A stretch of DNA of 59,360 bases, filler included. It is 5 parts of 5 records of this genome, joined end to end, with 100 filler letters (N's around TTAATTAATTAA, not from the genome) between each part and the next. Parts side by side here need not be neighbours in the genome. Positions count along the whole stretch, not along the records: positions 41,268 to 54,024 come from DRR723986_8474; positions 54,125 to 59,360 come from DRR723986_8547; 3 more parts are not named here. The stretch is one strand, 5' to 3'. Of the stretch, positions 50,600-59,096 are shown one piece after another. The notes beneath the pieces are model-generated. The model worked only from the letters and a program-made list of their open reading frames with translations. It had not been told where the DNA came from and did not search any database. Position numbers and translations under genes: made by a program. Position 1 is the stretch's first letter; every line of letters starts with the position of its first letter.

Positions 50600-53500
50600 A
50601 TGCAGATGGACCGTTTGAAGGAACTTGGCATCACCGGCCTGTTCGTGCGGCGTCCGGTTCTTGCCTTCGTGATCAACATGCTGATCGTGGTTGCGGGGAT
50701 CGCGGCAATTTTCGGCATCGAAGTGCGCGAACTGCCCGACGTCGACCGCCCGGTCATCACCGTCAGCACGGACTATCCGGCCGCAGCTGCCGAGACCATC
50801 GACCGTGAAGTGACCGGTGTCATCGAAGGCGCAGTGGCACGTGTCTCCGGCGTGAAGTCTATCTCTTCATCGTCCTCCTTCGGCCGAAGCCGTGTGACCG
50901 TGGAATTTTCCGATGATGTCGATCTGGACGTTGCAGCTTCCGACATGCGCGATGCGCTCGGGCGCATCACCAACGATCTGCCCGAGGACGCCGAGCCTTC
51001 CCGTATCATCAAGGCTGATGCCAACGCGCAGCCGGTACTGCGCCTGGGTCTGACTTCCGACCGCATGTCGGTCGAGGACATGACGGTGCTGGTGGAAGAC
51101 GAGATTTCCGACGTCCTTGCCGCTGTTCCAGGTGTCGCGGACGTCCAGGTCTACGGTGACCGCGACAAGATCTTCCGGATCGACATCGACCAGGCCAAGA
51201 TGGCCAGCCTCAATCTGACCATCGCGGATGTGGCCAATGCCCTGTCCTCCATGGCCTTCGATACGCCGGCAGGCTCGCTGACCAGTCAGAACCAGGATCT
51301 GATCGTCCGCGCCACGGCGTCCATTGATACGCCGGAAGAATTCGAAAGCGTCATCATCAACCGCCGCGCAAGGCTCCGCGATTTCGTGACGGTGACACTT
51401 GGCCCGGATCTGGGCCAGACACAGCTGCGCGCCAACGGCAAGTCGGGCATCGGCCTTGGCGTCATTCGCTCGGCCCAGTCGAACACGCTCGAGATTTCGG
51501 AAGGCGTTCGCTCCGCGGTCGACCGTATCCAGGAGAACCTGCCCGAAGGCATGACCATTGAGGTCACCAGCGATGACGCCACCTTCATCAATGGCGCCAT
51601 TCATGAAGTCGAGATTGCCCTTGCCATCTCGGTCAGCATCGTTCTGCTGATCATCTTCATTTTCCTGTGGGACTGGCGGGCAACCATCATTCCGGGCGTG
51701 TCCCTGCCGGTGGCGCTGATCGGCACACTTGCGGCGATCTATCTTGCCGGGTTCTCCATCAACATCCTGACGCTGCTGGCGCTGGTTCTGGCAACAGGCC
51801 TTGTGGTCGACGATGCCATCGTGGTGCTGGAAAACATTGTGCGCAGGCGGAACGAAGGCATCGGGCCACGCGCTGCGGCAGTTCTGGGTGCCGAAGAGGT
51901 CTTCTTCGCGGTGCTGGCGACAACGGCGACGCTGATTGCCGTGTTTGTACCGCTCTCCTTCCTGCCGGGGCAGACCGGCGGGCTGTTCCGCGAATTCGGC
52001 TTCGTACTCGCCATCGCGGTGTTCCTGTCCTCCATCGTGGCGCTGTCGCTGTGTCCCATGCTGGCCTCGCGCATTCTCAAGAGCAAACCGGCCGGCAAGG
52101 CCGAAGATCACGGGGGCGGTGCCGGCGGTCTGGGGCGGATGTTGAGTGCGCTCTACCGGCGCTGCCTGCATGCATGCCTTGATGCGCCAATGGTGGTCGT
52201 GGCTATTTCGCTGCTGTTTGCAGCCACCGCGGGTGTCCTGTTTCCCACCATCAAGTCGGAACTGACGCCGACTGAAGACCGCTCGATTGCCTTCATGCGC
52301 ATTTCCGCGCCTCAGGGCGTGAGCCTCGATTACCTGTCTCAGCAGATGCGCCAGATCGAAAACCTGCTGGAGCCTTACCGGGAAAGCGGCGAGATCAACA
52401 GCACCTTCTCGATTGCGGGAACAGGCGGTTCCAAGAACAGCGGCTTCATCGTCATGCGTCTGGCGCCGTGGGACCAGCGCGAGCGGTCGCAGCAGCAGAT
52501 CCTGTCCGAGGTCAGTGCGCTTGTGCGCGATGTACCGGGTGTGCGGGCCTTCGCCTTCCAGCCCAACAGCCTGGGCATTCGCGGTGCCGGGTCCGGCCTT
52601 CAGTTTGCCGTCGCCGGCAGTAACGATTATGCGACGCTCGGCGCTACGGCGGACAAGATCATCTCGGCGATGGAGCAGGACCCAAGGTTCCGTCAGGTGC
52701 GCCTGTCCACCGAGGCCACCCAGCCGCAGCTTTCGGTTTCCATCGATCGCGAACGCGCCTCCGACCTTGGCATCGACATCAACGGACTGGGCACGGCCAT
52801 GCAGGCCATGCTGGACGGTCGCAAGATCGGGCAGGTTTTCATCAACGATCAGGCCTATGACGTGAAATTCGTCTCCACGTCCAATCCGATCAACGATCCG
52901 ACGGACATGGAGAACATCTTCATCAAGACAGGTGATGGCCGCTTCGTACCCGTGTCGACCATTGCCAGCCTGGTGGAAAAGGCCGTGCCGCCTTCTCTTG
53001 CCAGGGAACAGCAGCTGCGCTCCGTCGCTGTTACGGCAGGTCTTGCGGACGATTTCGCCCTCGGCAATGCCTATGAGGAAGCGCTGAAGATCGCCGAACC
53101 GCTGCTGCCGCCGGGTGCCCGTATCGTGCCGCTGGCGGAAACGGCAACGCTGGGTGAACAGTCATCCTCCATGGCGCGCACGTTCGGCTTTGCGATCATC
53201 ATCATCCTGCTGGTGCTGGCGGCCCAGTTCGAGAGCTTCATCAGTGCGCTCATCATCATGGCGACGGTTCCGCTTGGCCTGGCCTGCGCTGTCTTCGCCA
53301 TGCTGCTGACCGGGACGACACTCAACGTCTATTCCCAGATCGGCCTCGTGCTGCTTGTGGGCATCATGGCGAAGAACGGCATCCTCATCGTGGAATTTGC
53401 CAACCAGCTGCGGGATCGCGGGCAGGGGCTGCGCGAAGCGATCGAGAATGCCTCGAACATCCGCCTGAGACCGGTGATGATGACCATGATCTGTACCATT

Positions 53501-53731
53501 GTCGGCGGCGTGCCGCTGATCATGGCAAGCGGCGCCGGGGCAGAAGCGCGAATTGCCCTGGGGTTTGTCATTGTCGGAGGTCTGGGCCTTGCGACTGTCT
53601 CGACCCTGTTCCTGACGCCGGTTGCCTATCTCCTGCTCGGACGGTTCATCACACCGGCCGCTCAGGAAGAAGAGCGTCTCCACAAGGAACTGGACGCGGC
53701 AAGGACGATCGGTCAACAGCCGGGCGAGTGA
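50600..53731 (+). CDS. RND efflux permease (AcrB/AcrD/AcrF family)
   Basis: FVRRPV, GLVVDDAIVVLEN, KNGILIVEFA, RLRPVMMT; 1043 aa. Confidence 0.95.
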   Translation: MQMDRLKELGITGLFVRRPVLAFVINMLIVVAGIAAIFGIEVRELPDVDRPVITVSTDYPAAAAETIDREVTGVIEGAVARVSGVKSISSSSSFGRSRVTVEFSDDVDLDVAASDMRDALGRITNDLPEDAEPSRIIKADANAQPVLRLGLTSDRMSVEDMTVLVEDEISDVLAAVPGVADVQVYGDRDKIFRIDIDQAKMASLNLTIADVANALSSMAFDTPAGSLTSQNQDLIVRATASIDTPEEFESVIINRRARLRDFVTVTLGPDLGQTQLRANGKSGIGLGVIRSAQSNTLEISEGVRSAVDRIQENLPEGMTIEVTSDDATFINGAIHEVEIALAISVSIVLLIIFIFLWDWRATIIPGVSLPVALIGTLAAIYLAGFSINILTLLALVLATGLVVDDAIVVLENIVRRRNEGIGPRAAAVLGAEEVFFAVLATTATLIAVFVPLSFLPGQTGGLFREFGFVLAIAVFLSSIVALSLCPMLASRILKSKPAGKAEDHGGGAGGLGRMLSALYRRCLHACLDAPMVVVAISLLFAATAGVLFPTIKSELTPTEDRSIAFMRISAPQGVSLDYLSQQMRQIENLLEPYRESGEINSTFSIAGTGGSKNSGFIVMRLAPWDQRERSQQQILSEVSALVRDVPGVRAFAFQPNSLGIRGAGSGLQFAVAGSNDYATLGATADKIISAMEQDPRFRQVRLSTEATQPQLSVSIDRERASDLGIDINGLGTAMQAMLDGRKIGQVFINDQAYDVKFVSTSNPINDPTDMENIFIKTGDGRFVPVSTIASLVEKAVPPSLAREQQLRSVAVTAGLADDFALGNAYEEALKIAEPLLPPGARIVPLAETATLGEQSSSMARTFGFAIIIILLVLAAQFESFISALIIMATVPLGLACAVFAMLLTGTTLNVYSQIGLVLLVGIMAKNGILIVEFANQLRDRGQGLREAIENASNIRLRPVMMTMICTIVGGVPLIMASGAGAEARIALGFVIVGGLGLATVSTLFLTPVAYLLLGRFITPAAQEEERLHKELDAARTIGQQPGE

Positions 53732-53775
53732 CAACACTGGAAAGCCGGCTTTGGGCTGGCTTTCTCCCAGCAGCA

Positions 53776-53915
53776 GTCATCCCGGGCGCAGCGCAGCGGA
53801 GCTCCGGGATTGGAGAGCCGGTTCGTGCGAGCAGGCGCAGGTGAACCGGATATCATCAAAACCGAAAGACAGTGCCTCTCCGATCCCGGCTCACGCTGCG
53901 CTTGGCCGGGATGAC
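53776..53915. repeat. Palindromic REP/MITE-like element, copy 1
   Basis: Terminal inverted repeats GTCATCCCGG...CCGGGATGAC with internal hairpins. Confidence 0.8.
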
Positions 53916-53995
53916 GATGGGGAGGCTGGTTTTGACAGTGAGCAAAGGCTGCCACCCAACTTTTGGTTTCTCGGCGCAGTTTCCCCTTTCAGTTG

Positions 53996-54024
53996 GTCAT
54001 CCCGGACGCAGCGCAGCGAAGATC
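53996..54024. repeat. Palindromic REP/MITE-like element, copy 2 (cut by contig end)
   Basis: GTCATCCCGGACGCAGCGCAGCGAAGATC, near-identical to the start of copy 1 (GTCATCCCGGGCGCAGCGCAGCGGAGCTC). Confidence 0.78.
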
Positions 54025-54124
54025 NNNNNNNNNNNNNNNNNNNNNNNNNNNNNNNNNNNNNNNNNNNNTTAATTAATTAANNNNNNNNNNNNNNNNNNNN
54101 NNNNNNNNNNNNNNNNNNNNNNNN
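54025..54124. other. Artificial contig spacer
   Basis: N runs flanking TTAATTAATTAA. Confidence 0.99.
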
Positions 54125-54225
54125 GTCGCGGTGCAAAACCCGCAATGCACGCAACTGCGCAAAATCTCGTTCGAGCGCTGGATCGCCGGGTCCAGCAACT
54201 GTTCGGCGGTAAATGTCGTCTGCAT
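54125..54225 (-). CDS. glcF: Glycolate oxidase Fe-S subunit, N-terminus only (not in ORF track)
   Basis: Manual translation MQTTFTAEQLLDPAIQRSNEILRSCVHCGFCTA shows the CxxCxxC motif; starts 3 nt after the glcE stop. Confidence 0.9.
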
Positions 54226-54228
54226 GAA

Positions 54229-55329
54229 TTACCCCATCAGTCCGGGATTGAAGAGCCCGCGCGGATCAAACCGCGTCCTCAGACCCTGTGTAATCGCCGC
54301 CAAGGGCGCCGGTTCGGGGTGGAACATCGGATACTTGGCCCGCGTGGCCTGATCAGCCCGCACCAATGTTGCGTGTCCCCTAAACGACCCGACCCGAGAC
54401 CGAAGGTCCGTGCCCGCAGGCACACGCGCCCAGATCAAACCGCCGCCCCAGTCAAAAATCAGGCCATCCGCCTGCAAGGCCTCGGCCACGGCGGGCGCAT
54501 CTGTTGGTTTGACAGAAATCCGCCAGACATCTCCATCCGCCGCATGAAACGCCGATACGTCGCGTATGCCGGCCCACATCGCTTCGGCCGCGCCGATCCG
54601 GGTCACCACGCCAAAGCCGGCCACCACATGTATCATCTGCGCAGCGCGATATTGCACCGACTCGGTAAAGCCTTCGATCCGCAACATCACATGCCCCTCG
54701 GCCGGATCATACGCCGCCCCCGACACCTCAAAGGGTGAACTCAGCGCCGCCGACATCGCCTGCACTGCTTGGGTCACATCAGGAACCGCCACCATCAGCG
54801 TCTCGGTCACTTCGGGCTGAGGCAGAACCTTGAACGACACCTCGCTCAAAATCCCCAGCGTACCCCACGACCCCGCCATCAACTTGACCAGATCATAGCC
54901 GGTCACGTTTTTCATCACGCGCCCACCGTTCTTGATCACCTGCCCCGTGCCATCGACATAGCGCACCCCCAACAGGAAATCGCGACAGGCACCGGCTTGC
55001 ACCCGGCGCGGGCCGGATACATTCGCCGCCACAACCCCGCCAATAGTCGGCTCACCCGTGGTGCCCAGCAACCCGCGATGATCCATCGGCTCAAACGCGA
55101 GCCTCTGCCCCTCAGCCGCCAATGCTGTTTCGATCTCAGACACCGGCGTCCCGGCCTTGGCCACAAGGGTCAACGCCCCCGGTTCATAGAGCTCGATCCC
55201 CTGCAACCCGGAGACGTGCAGCTCGGTCTCTGGCCCCGGCACACCCCGCGTGCCACCGCCAACGATACGCACAGGTGCTGCCAACCCGGCCACGATCTCG
55301 GCCAATTCGGTTTCTGTTTCGGGTCTCAT
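54229..55329 (-). CDS. glcE: Glycolate oxidase FAD-binding subunit GlcE
   Basis: MRPETE start (or MSDMRP at 55338), YEPGALTL, TIGGVVAANVSGPRR, GGRVMKNVTGYDL, FDPRGLFNPG. Confidence 0.93.
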   Translation of the reverse strand: MRPETETELAEIVAGLAAPVRIVGGGTRGVPGPETELHVSGLQGIELYEPGALTLVAKAGTPVSEIETALAAEGQRLAFEPMDHRGLLGTTGEPTIGGVVAANVSGPRRVQAGACRDFLLGVRYVDGTGQVIKNGGRVMKNVTGYDLVKLMAGSWGTLGILSEVSFKVLPQPEVTETLMVAVPDVTQAVQAMSAALSSPFEVSGAAYDPAEGHVMLRIEGFTESVQYRAAQMIHVVAGFGVVTRIGAAEAMWAGIRDVSAFHAADGDVWRISVKPTDAPAVAEALQADGLIFDWGGGLIWARVPAGTDLRSRVGSFRGHATLVRADQATRAKYPMFHPEPAPLAAITQGLRTRFDPRGLFNPGLMG

Positions 55330-55349
55330 GTCACTCATCTTTTCAAAAC

Positions 55350-56798
55350 TCACTGCGCCGCCACCTGCGCCACACGTCGGTCTTGCGACACCGACAAAGG
55401 AAACACCTTGGCCGGGTTCAACAGCCATGCCGGATCAAACACATCCTTGATCGCCATCTGCGCTTCCAGATCCTCGGCGGTATACTGATGCAGCATCAGG
55501 TCGCGCTTTTCGACGCCCACCCCATGTTCGCCCGTCAGACAGCCGCCAACATCCACGCACAGCTTTAGGATTTCCGCGCCGAATTCCTCGCACAGTTCCA
55601 GATCACCCGGCATATTGGCGTCAAACAGGATCAGCGGATGCATATTGCCGTCCCCGGCATGGAACACATTGCCCACTGGCAGGCCGTATTGCTCGCTCAG
55701 CTCATTGATCCGGCGCAACACCAGCGGCAGCGCGGACACGGGGATCGTTCCGTCCAGACACATATAGTCATTCATCTGCCCCATTGCACCAAACGCCGAC
55801 TTGCGCCCCAACCAGATCTTGGCGCTTTCCTCGGCAGATTGGCTTTCGCGCAGCTCGACCGGGTTGTGCCGTTTTGCAATCTCGATGATCTTGGCCAACT
55901 GACTGTCGATCTCGGCCTCTGACCCCTCAACCTCAACAATCAACAGGGCATTGCAATCGGGATACCCTGCCTTGGCAAAATTCTCGCAAGCCTTGATGCA
56001 CAGCGTATCCATGAATTCGATCGCGACCGGCAGAATGCCCGATTTGATGATGTCGCTGACGCAATGGCCCGCGACCTCATTGTCATCAAAGGCGATCAGA
56101 ACAGGGCGCGCGCCTTCGGGTTTGCGCAAAATCCGCAATGTCGCCTCGGTCACGACTCCCAACTGCCCCTCGCTGCCGCAGATCACACCCAACAGGTCCA
56201 GCCCACCCGCATCCAGATGCGCACCACCGATTTCAACCACCGTGCCGTCCATCATGACCATGGTCACACCCAGCAGGTTGTTGGTGGTCACCCCATATTT
56301 GAGACAATGCGCGCCGCCGGAATTCATCGCGATATTTCCGGCAATCGCACAGGCCAGCTGTGACGAGGGATCGGGCGCGTAAAAGAAGTCTTCTTCTTCG
56401 ACTGCGCCTGTCACGCTCAGGTTTGTGCGCCCCGATTGCACCCGGATAACCCGGTTTTCATAATCGGTGTCCAGCACATCGTTCATCCGCGCCACGCCCA
56501 GAATGGCGCAATCCGCTGTGGGCAACGCGCCCCCGGCTAGGGATGTGCCCGAACCGCGCGGCACCACTGGCACACCTTCTTCATGGCAGATGCGCAGCAC
56601 ATCAGACACTTCCTGCGTGGTGGAGGGCAACACCGCCAGCATCGGAGGGCACTTGTACGCGGTCAGCGCATCACATTCATACGCGCGCGTCTCTGCCTCT
56701 TTGTGAATCACCGCGTCGTTTGGCAACACAGCCAGCAAGCGGTCCACAACCCGCGCCTTGCGGGCCAGAACCGCTGGGTTTGGTATCGGCATTTCCAT
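55350..56798 (-). CDS. glcD: Glycolate oxidase subunit GlcD
   Basis: GGAGG RBS; PRGSGTSLAGG, PDPSS, NSGGAHCLKYG, HAGDGNMHP, GEHGVG, LNPAK. Confidence 0.95.
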   Translation of the reverse strand: MEMPIPNPAVLARKARVVDRLLAVLPNDAVIHKEAETRAYECDALTAYKCPPMLAVLPSTTQEVSDVLRICHEEGVPVVPRGSGTSLAGGALPTADCAILGVARMNDVLDTDYENRVIRVQSGRTNLSVTGAVEEEDFFYAPDPSSQLACAIAGNIAMNSGGAHCLKYGVTTNNLLGVTMVMMDGTVVEIGGAHLDAGGLDLLGVICGSEGQLGVVTEATLRILRKPEGARPVLIAFDDNEVAGHCVSDIIKSGILPVAIEFMDTLCIKACENFAKAGYPDCNALLIVEVEGSEAEIDSQLAKIIEIAKRHNPVELRESQSAEESAKIWLGRKSAFGAMGQMNDYMCLDGTIPVSALPLVLRRINELSEQYGLPVGNVFHAGDGNMHPLILFDANMPGDLELCEEFGAEILKLCVDVGGCLTGEHGVGVEKRDLMLHQYTAEDLEAQMAIKDVFDPAWLLNPAKVFPLSVSQDRRVAQVAAQ

Positions 56799-56812
56799 TG
56801 GGCATCCTCCGT

Positions 56813-56833
56813 TTGGTAAATTAATATTACCAA
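56813..56833. promoter_or_regulatory. GntR/FadR-family (GlcC/LldR-type) operator
   Basis: Palindrome TTGGTAA-ATTAATA-TTACCAA just upstream of the glcD RBS. Confidence 0.72.
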
Positions 56834-56878
56834 TTGGATGCTCTGGCAAGTCCAACTGGTAAGGCGTACTGTTTGCCC

Positions 56879-57589
56879 ATGACTTGGATTGATCGCACCC
56901 TGCTGTTTTCACCGCTGGATTACGCAGCTGTTTTCTGTCTTTTGGCCGCTTGGCTCTGGATTGGCTGGCGGATCGAGAATACCTCGGCCAACAAACCTTC
57001 GGTCACAACGCTGATGGCTGATTTCCGACGCGATTGGATGACACAGATGGTCACCCGGCAGCCGCGCATGTTTGATGCCCAGCTGATCGGGCACATGCGA
57101 CAGGGCACGACCTTTTTCGCGTCGACCTCGATGATCGCAATCGGGGGTGGATTGGCCTTGATTGGCAACACCGAGCGTCTTGCCGGTGTCGCCGCAGACC
57201 TTGCCATTGGCAGTGCGCCCGCCATGGTGTGGGAGATCAAGATCCTGATTGCATTGCTTCTTTTGTCCAATGCGTTTTTGAAATTCGTCTGGGCCCATCG
57301 CTTGTTTGGGTACTGCGCCGTCCTGATGGCCGCCGTTCCCAATGACCCCGAGTCGCCGCTGGCCTATCCCCGCGCCAGTCAAGCGGCCGAGATTTCGATC
57401 ACCGCCGCGCGCAGTTTTAACAAAGCGCTCAGAACCCTCTATTTCGCGCTCGCCTCAACCGCATGGATGCTTGGCCCGATCGCATTGATCGCGGCAACGT
57501 TGGGTACACTGGCAATCCTGTATCGGCGTGAATTCGCCTCGCACTCGCGCAGTGTTTTGCTGCAGACCCCACCAGACACGCAGACGTGA
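56879..57589 (+). CDS. DUF599 family membrane protein
   Basis: About 4 TMs; RRDWM..M..R..R..D, TFFAST, F.WAHR.F.Y, FNKALR..YFA. Confidence 0.8.
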   Translation: MTWIDRTLLFSPLDYAAVFCLLAAWLWIGWRIENTSANKPSVTTLMADFRRDWMTQMVTRQPRMFDAQLIGHMRQGTTFFASTSMIAIGGGLALIGNTERLAGVAADLAIGSAPAMVWEIKILIALLLLSNAFLKFVWAHRLFGYCAVLMAAVPNDPESPLAYPRASQAAEISITAARSFNKALRTLYFALASTAWMLGPIALIAATLGTLAILYRREFASHSRSVLLQTPPDTQT

Positions 57590-57625
57590 CTGGCACACCC
57601 CGCACCCATGGCTAGAGTCGCGCCC

Positions 57626-57973
57626 ATGAAACACCTTATCCCTCTCCTGTTCCTCGCCGCGCCCGCTTTTGCAGACGCACCGGTGATTGAAAATGTAACC
57701 GCGCGCGAGTCTGGATCGGGCTGGCGATTCGATGTCACGCTGAGCCATCCAGATACCGGATGGGATCATTATGCCGATGGCTGGCGTGTACTGGATATGC
57801 AGGGAAATGAACTGGGCTTGCGGGTTTTGGCGCATCCGCACGAGCACGAACAACCCTTTACCCGCTCGCTGAGCGGTGTGTCCCTGCCCGCCGGAACAAC
57901 GCAGGTTCAGATCCAAAGCCGGTGTATTGTCGATGGCTGGAGCGATGAGACCGTTACGGTCACACTGCCCTGA
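57626..57973 (+). CDS. Small secreted His-rich beta protein, function unknown
   Basis: Signal peptide MKHLIPLLFLAAPAFA; SHPDTGWDHYADGW and LAHPHEHEQPFTRS motifs. Confidence 0.8.
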   Translation: MKHLIPLLFLAAPAFADAPVIENVTARESGSGWRFDVTLSHPDTGWDHYADGWRVLDMQGNELGLRVLAHPHEHEQPFTRSLSGVSLPAGTTQVQIQSRCIVDGWSDETVTVTLP

Positions 57974-57990
57974 TTGACCCAATTCCCTGA

Positions 57991-58067
57991 GGGTGGTGCC
58001 CGACCTCGGGTGTGTGCAAAGCGCCCTCCCGTGGGGGAGGTCGGGCGCAGCCCGGCGGTGCCGCCGG
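57991..58067. repeat. GC-rich palindromic intergenic element between convergent genes
   Basis: GCCCGACCTC/GAGGTCGGGC, CCTCCC/GGGAGG and CCGGCGG/CCGCCGG inverted repeats. Confidence 0.55.
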
Positions 58068-58095
58068 ACGGTTCCCAAGAGGGTAAAGGACTAGC

Positions 58096-58581
58096 TCAGA
58101 ATAAACACATACTCAGACCTGCGGCGAGACCCATCCCCAGATCGCGGCACAGGGCCAATTGATCCTCTGGGATCACCTTTTCCGCCAATATCTGTTCTTC
58201 TGTCTGCGCATGGGTGCAGACGATGATCGGCTCTTGCACCGTTTTCAACCGCCAGCCCGTGGCGATCCGGGCCACCTGTCGCACCGCATTTGCGCCATCC
58301 GATCCGGCACAGATCATCTGCGCATAGGGGCGACCCTCGATCCGGCCCAGCACAGGGTAATAGCAGCGATCAAAGAAATCTTTCATGACGCCGGACACCG
58401 CCGCCAGATTTTCTGGCGCGCAAAACAGATAGCCATCAGCGCGCAACAGATCATCCGGCCCGGCCTGTTCTGCTGATAGCAAAGTCACCGTCGCCTCGCC
58501 TTCGGCCCCCGCAGCGGCGGCTTGGGCCATTTGCTGGCTGCCACCGGTGCGCGAGTGATAGACGATCAGCAGCTCAGCCAT
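58096..58581 (-). CDS. Flavodoxin-like (WrbA/FMN reductase fold) protein
   Basis: LLIVYHSRTGGS FMN-phosphate loop, APENL...SGVMKDFFDR, AGSDG. Confidence 0.88.
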   Translation of the reverse strand: MAELLIVYHSRTGGSQQMAQAAAAGAEGEATVTLLSAEQAGPDDLLRADGYLFCAPENLAAVSGVMKDFFDRCYYPVLGRIEGRPYAQMICAGSDGANAVRQVARIATGWRLKTVQEPIIVCTHAQTEEQILAEKVIPEDQLALCRDLGMGLAAGLSMCLF

Positions 58582-58582
58582 G

Positions 58583-59053
58583 TCACACCCGGTGGTACGG
58601 CCCGCCCGACAGAATCGTCGACGCGCGGTACAATTGCTCGGCTAGCATCACCCGCACCATCATGTGCGGCCACACCATCTTACCGAAAGATATGGAAAAA
58701 TCGGCCTCGGCGCGCAGACTGGGATCGATCCCATCAGCCCCGCCAATTACCAACGCCAGATCCTGACGTCCAGCATCGCGCCACTTGCCCAGCCGATCCG
58801 CAAACTCGGGCGAGGACAACACCTTGCCCCGCTCATCCAGCGTGCAGATCACCGCGCCCTTGGGCAGCGCCTTACGCAGCAAAGCGGCCTCGGCCCCCAT
58901 CCCTGCGTTCTTCTTATCCTCAACCTCAATCATCTTTGCAGGGCCAAGGCCCAAGGCCCGCCCTGTCCGGTCAAACCGGGTCAGATAATCGTCGATCAGG
59001 GTTTTCTCCGGTCCGGCCCGCAAGCGACCGACCGCGCAGAGATTTACGCGCAT
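58583..59053 (-). CDS. rlmH: 23S rRNA (pseudouridine1915-N3)-methyltransferase
   Basis: LDERGK, IGGADG, WPHMMVRVMLAEQLYRA, PYHR. Confidence 0.96.
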   Translation of the reverse strand: MRVNLCAVGRLRAGPEKTLIDDYLTRFDRTGRALGLGPAKMIEVEDKKNAGMGAEAALLRKALPKGAVICTLDERGKVLSSPEFADRLGKWRDAGRQDLALVIGGADGIDPSLRAEADFSISFGKMVWPHMMVRVMLAEQLYRASTILSGGPYHRV

Positions 59054-59096
59054 CTCACTCCGCCTCCGGCCCGTTCATAAGGGCCAGGTAGGCGCC

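Noticed and set aside
49390..53731. RND pump next to sitABCD as a combined metal import/export system
   Set aside because: Separated by a hairpin and about 300 nt; the DD motif in TM4 and lack of obvious metal-binding motifs fit a non-metal RND; a missing outer-membrane factor gene is common.
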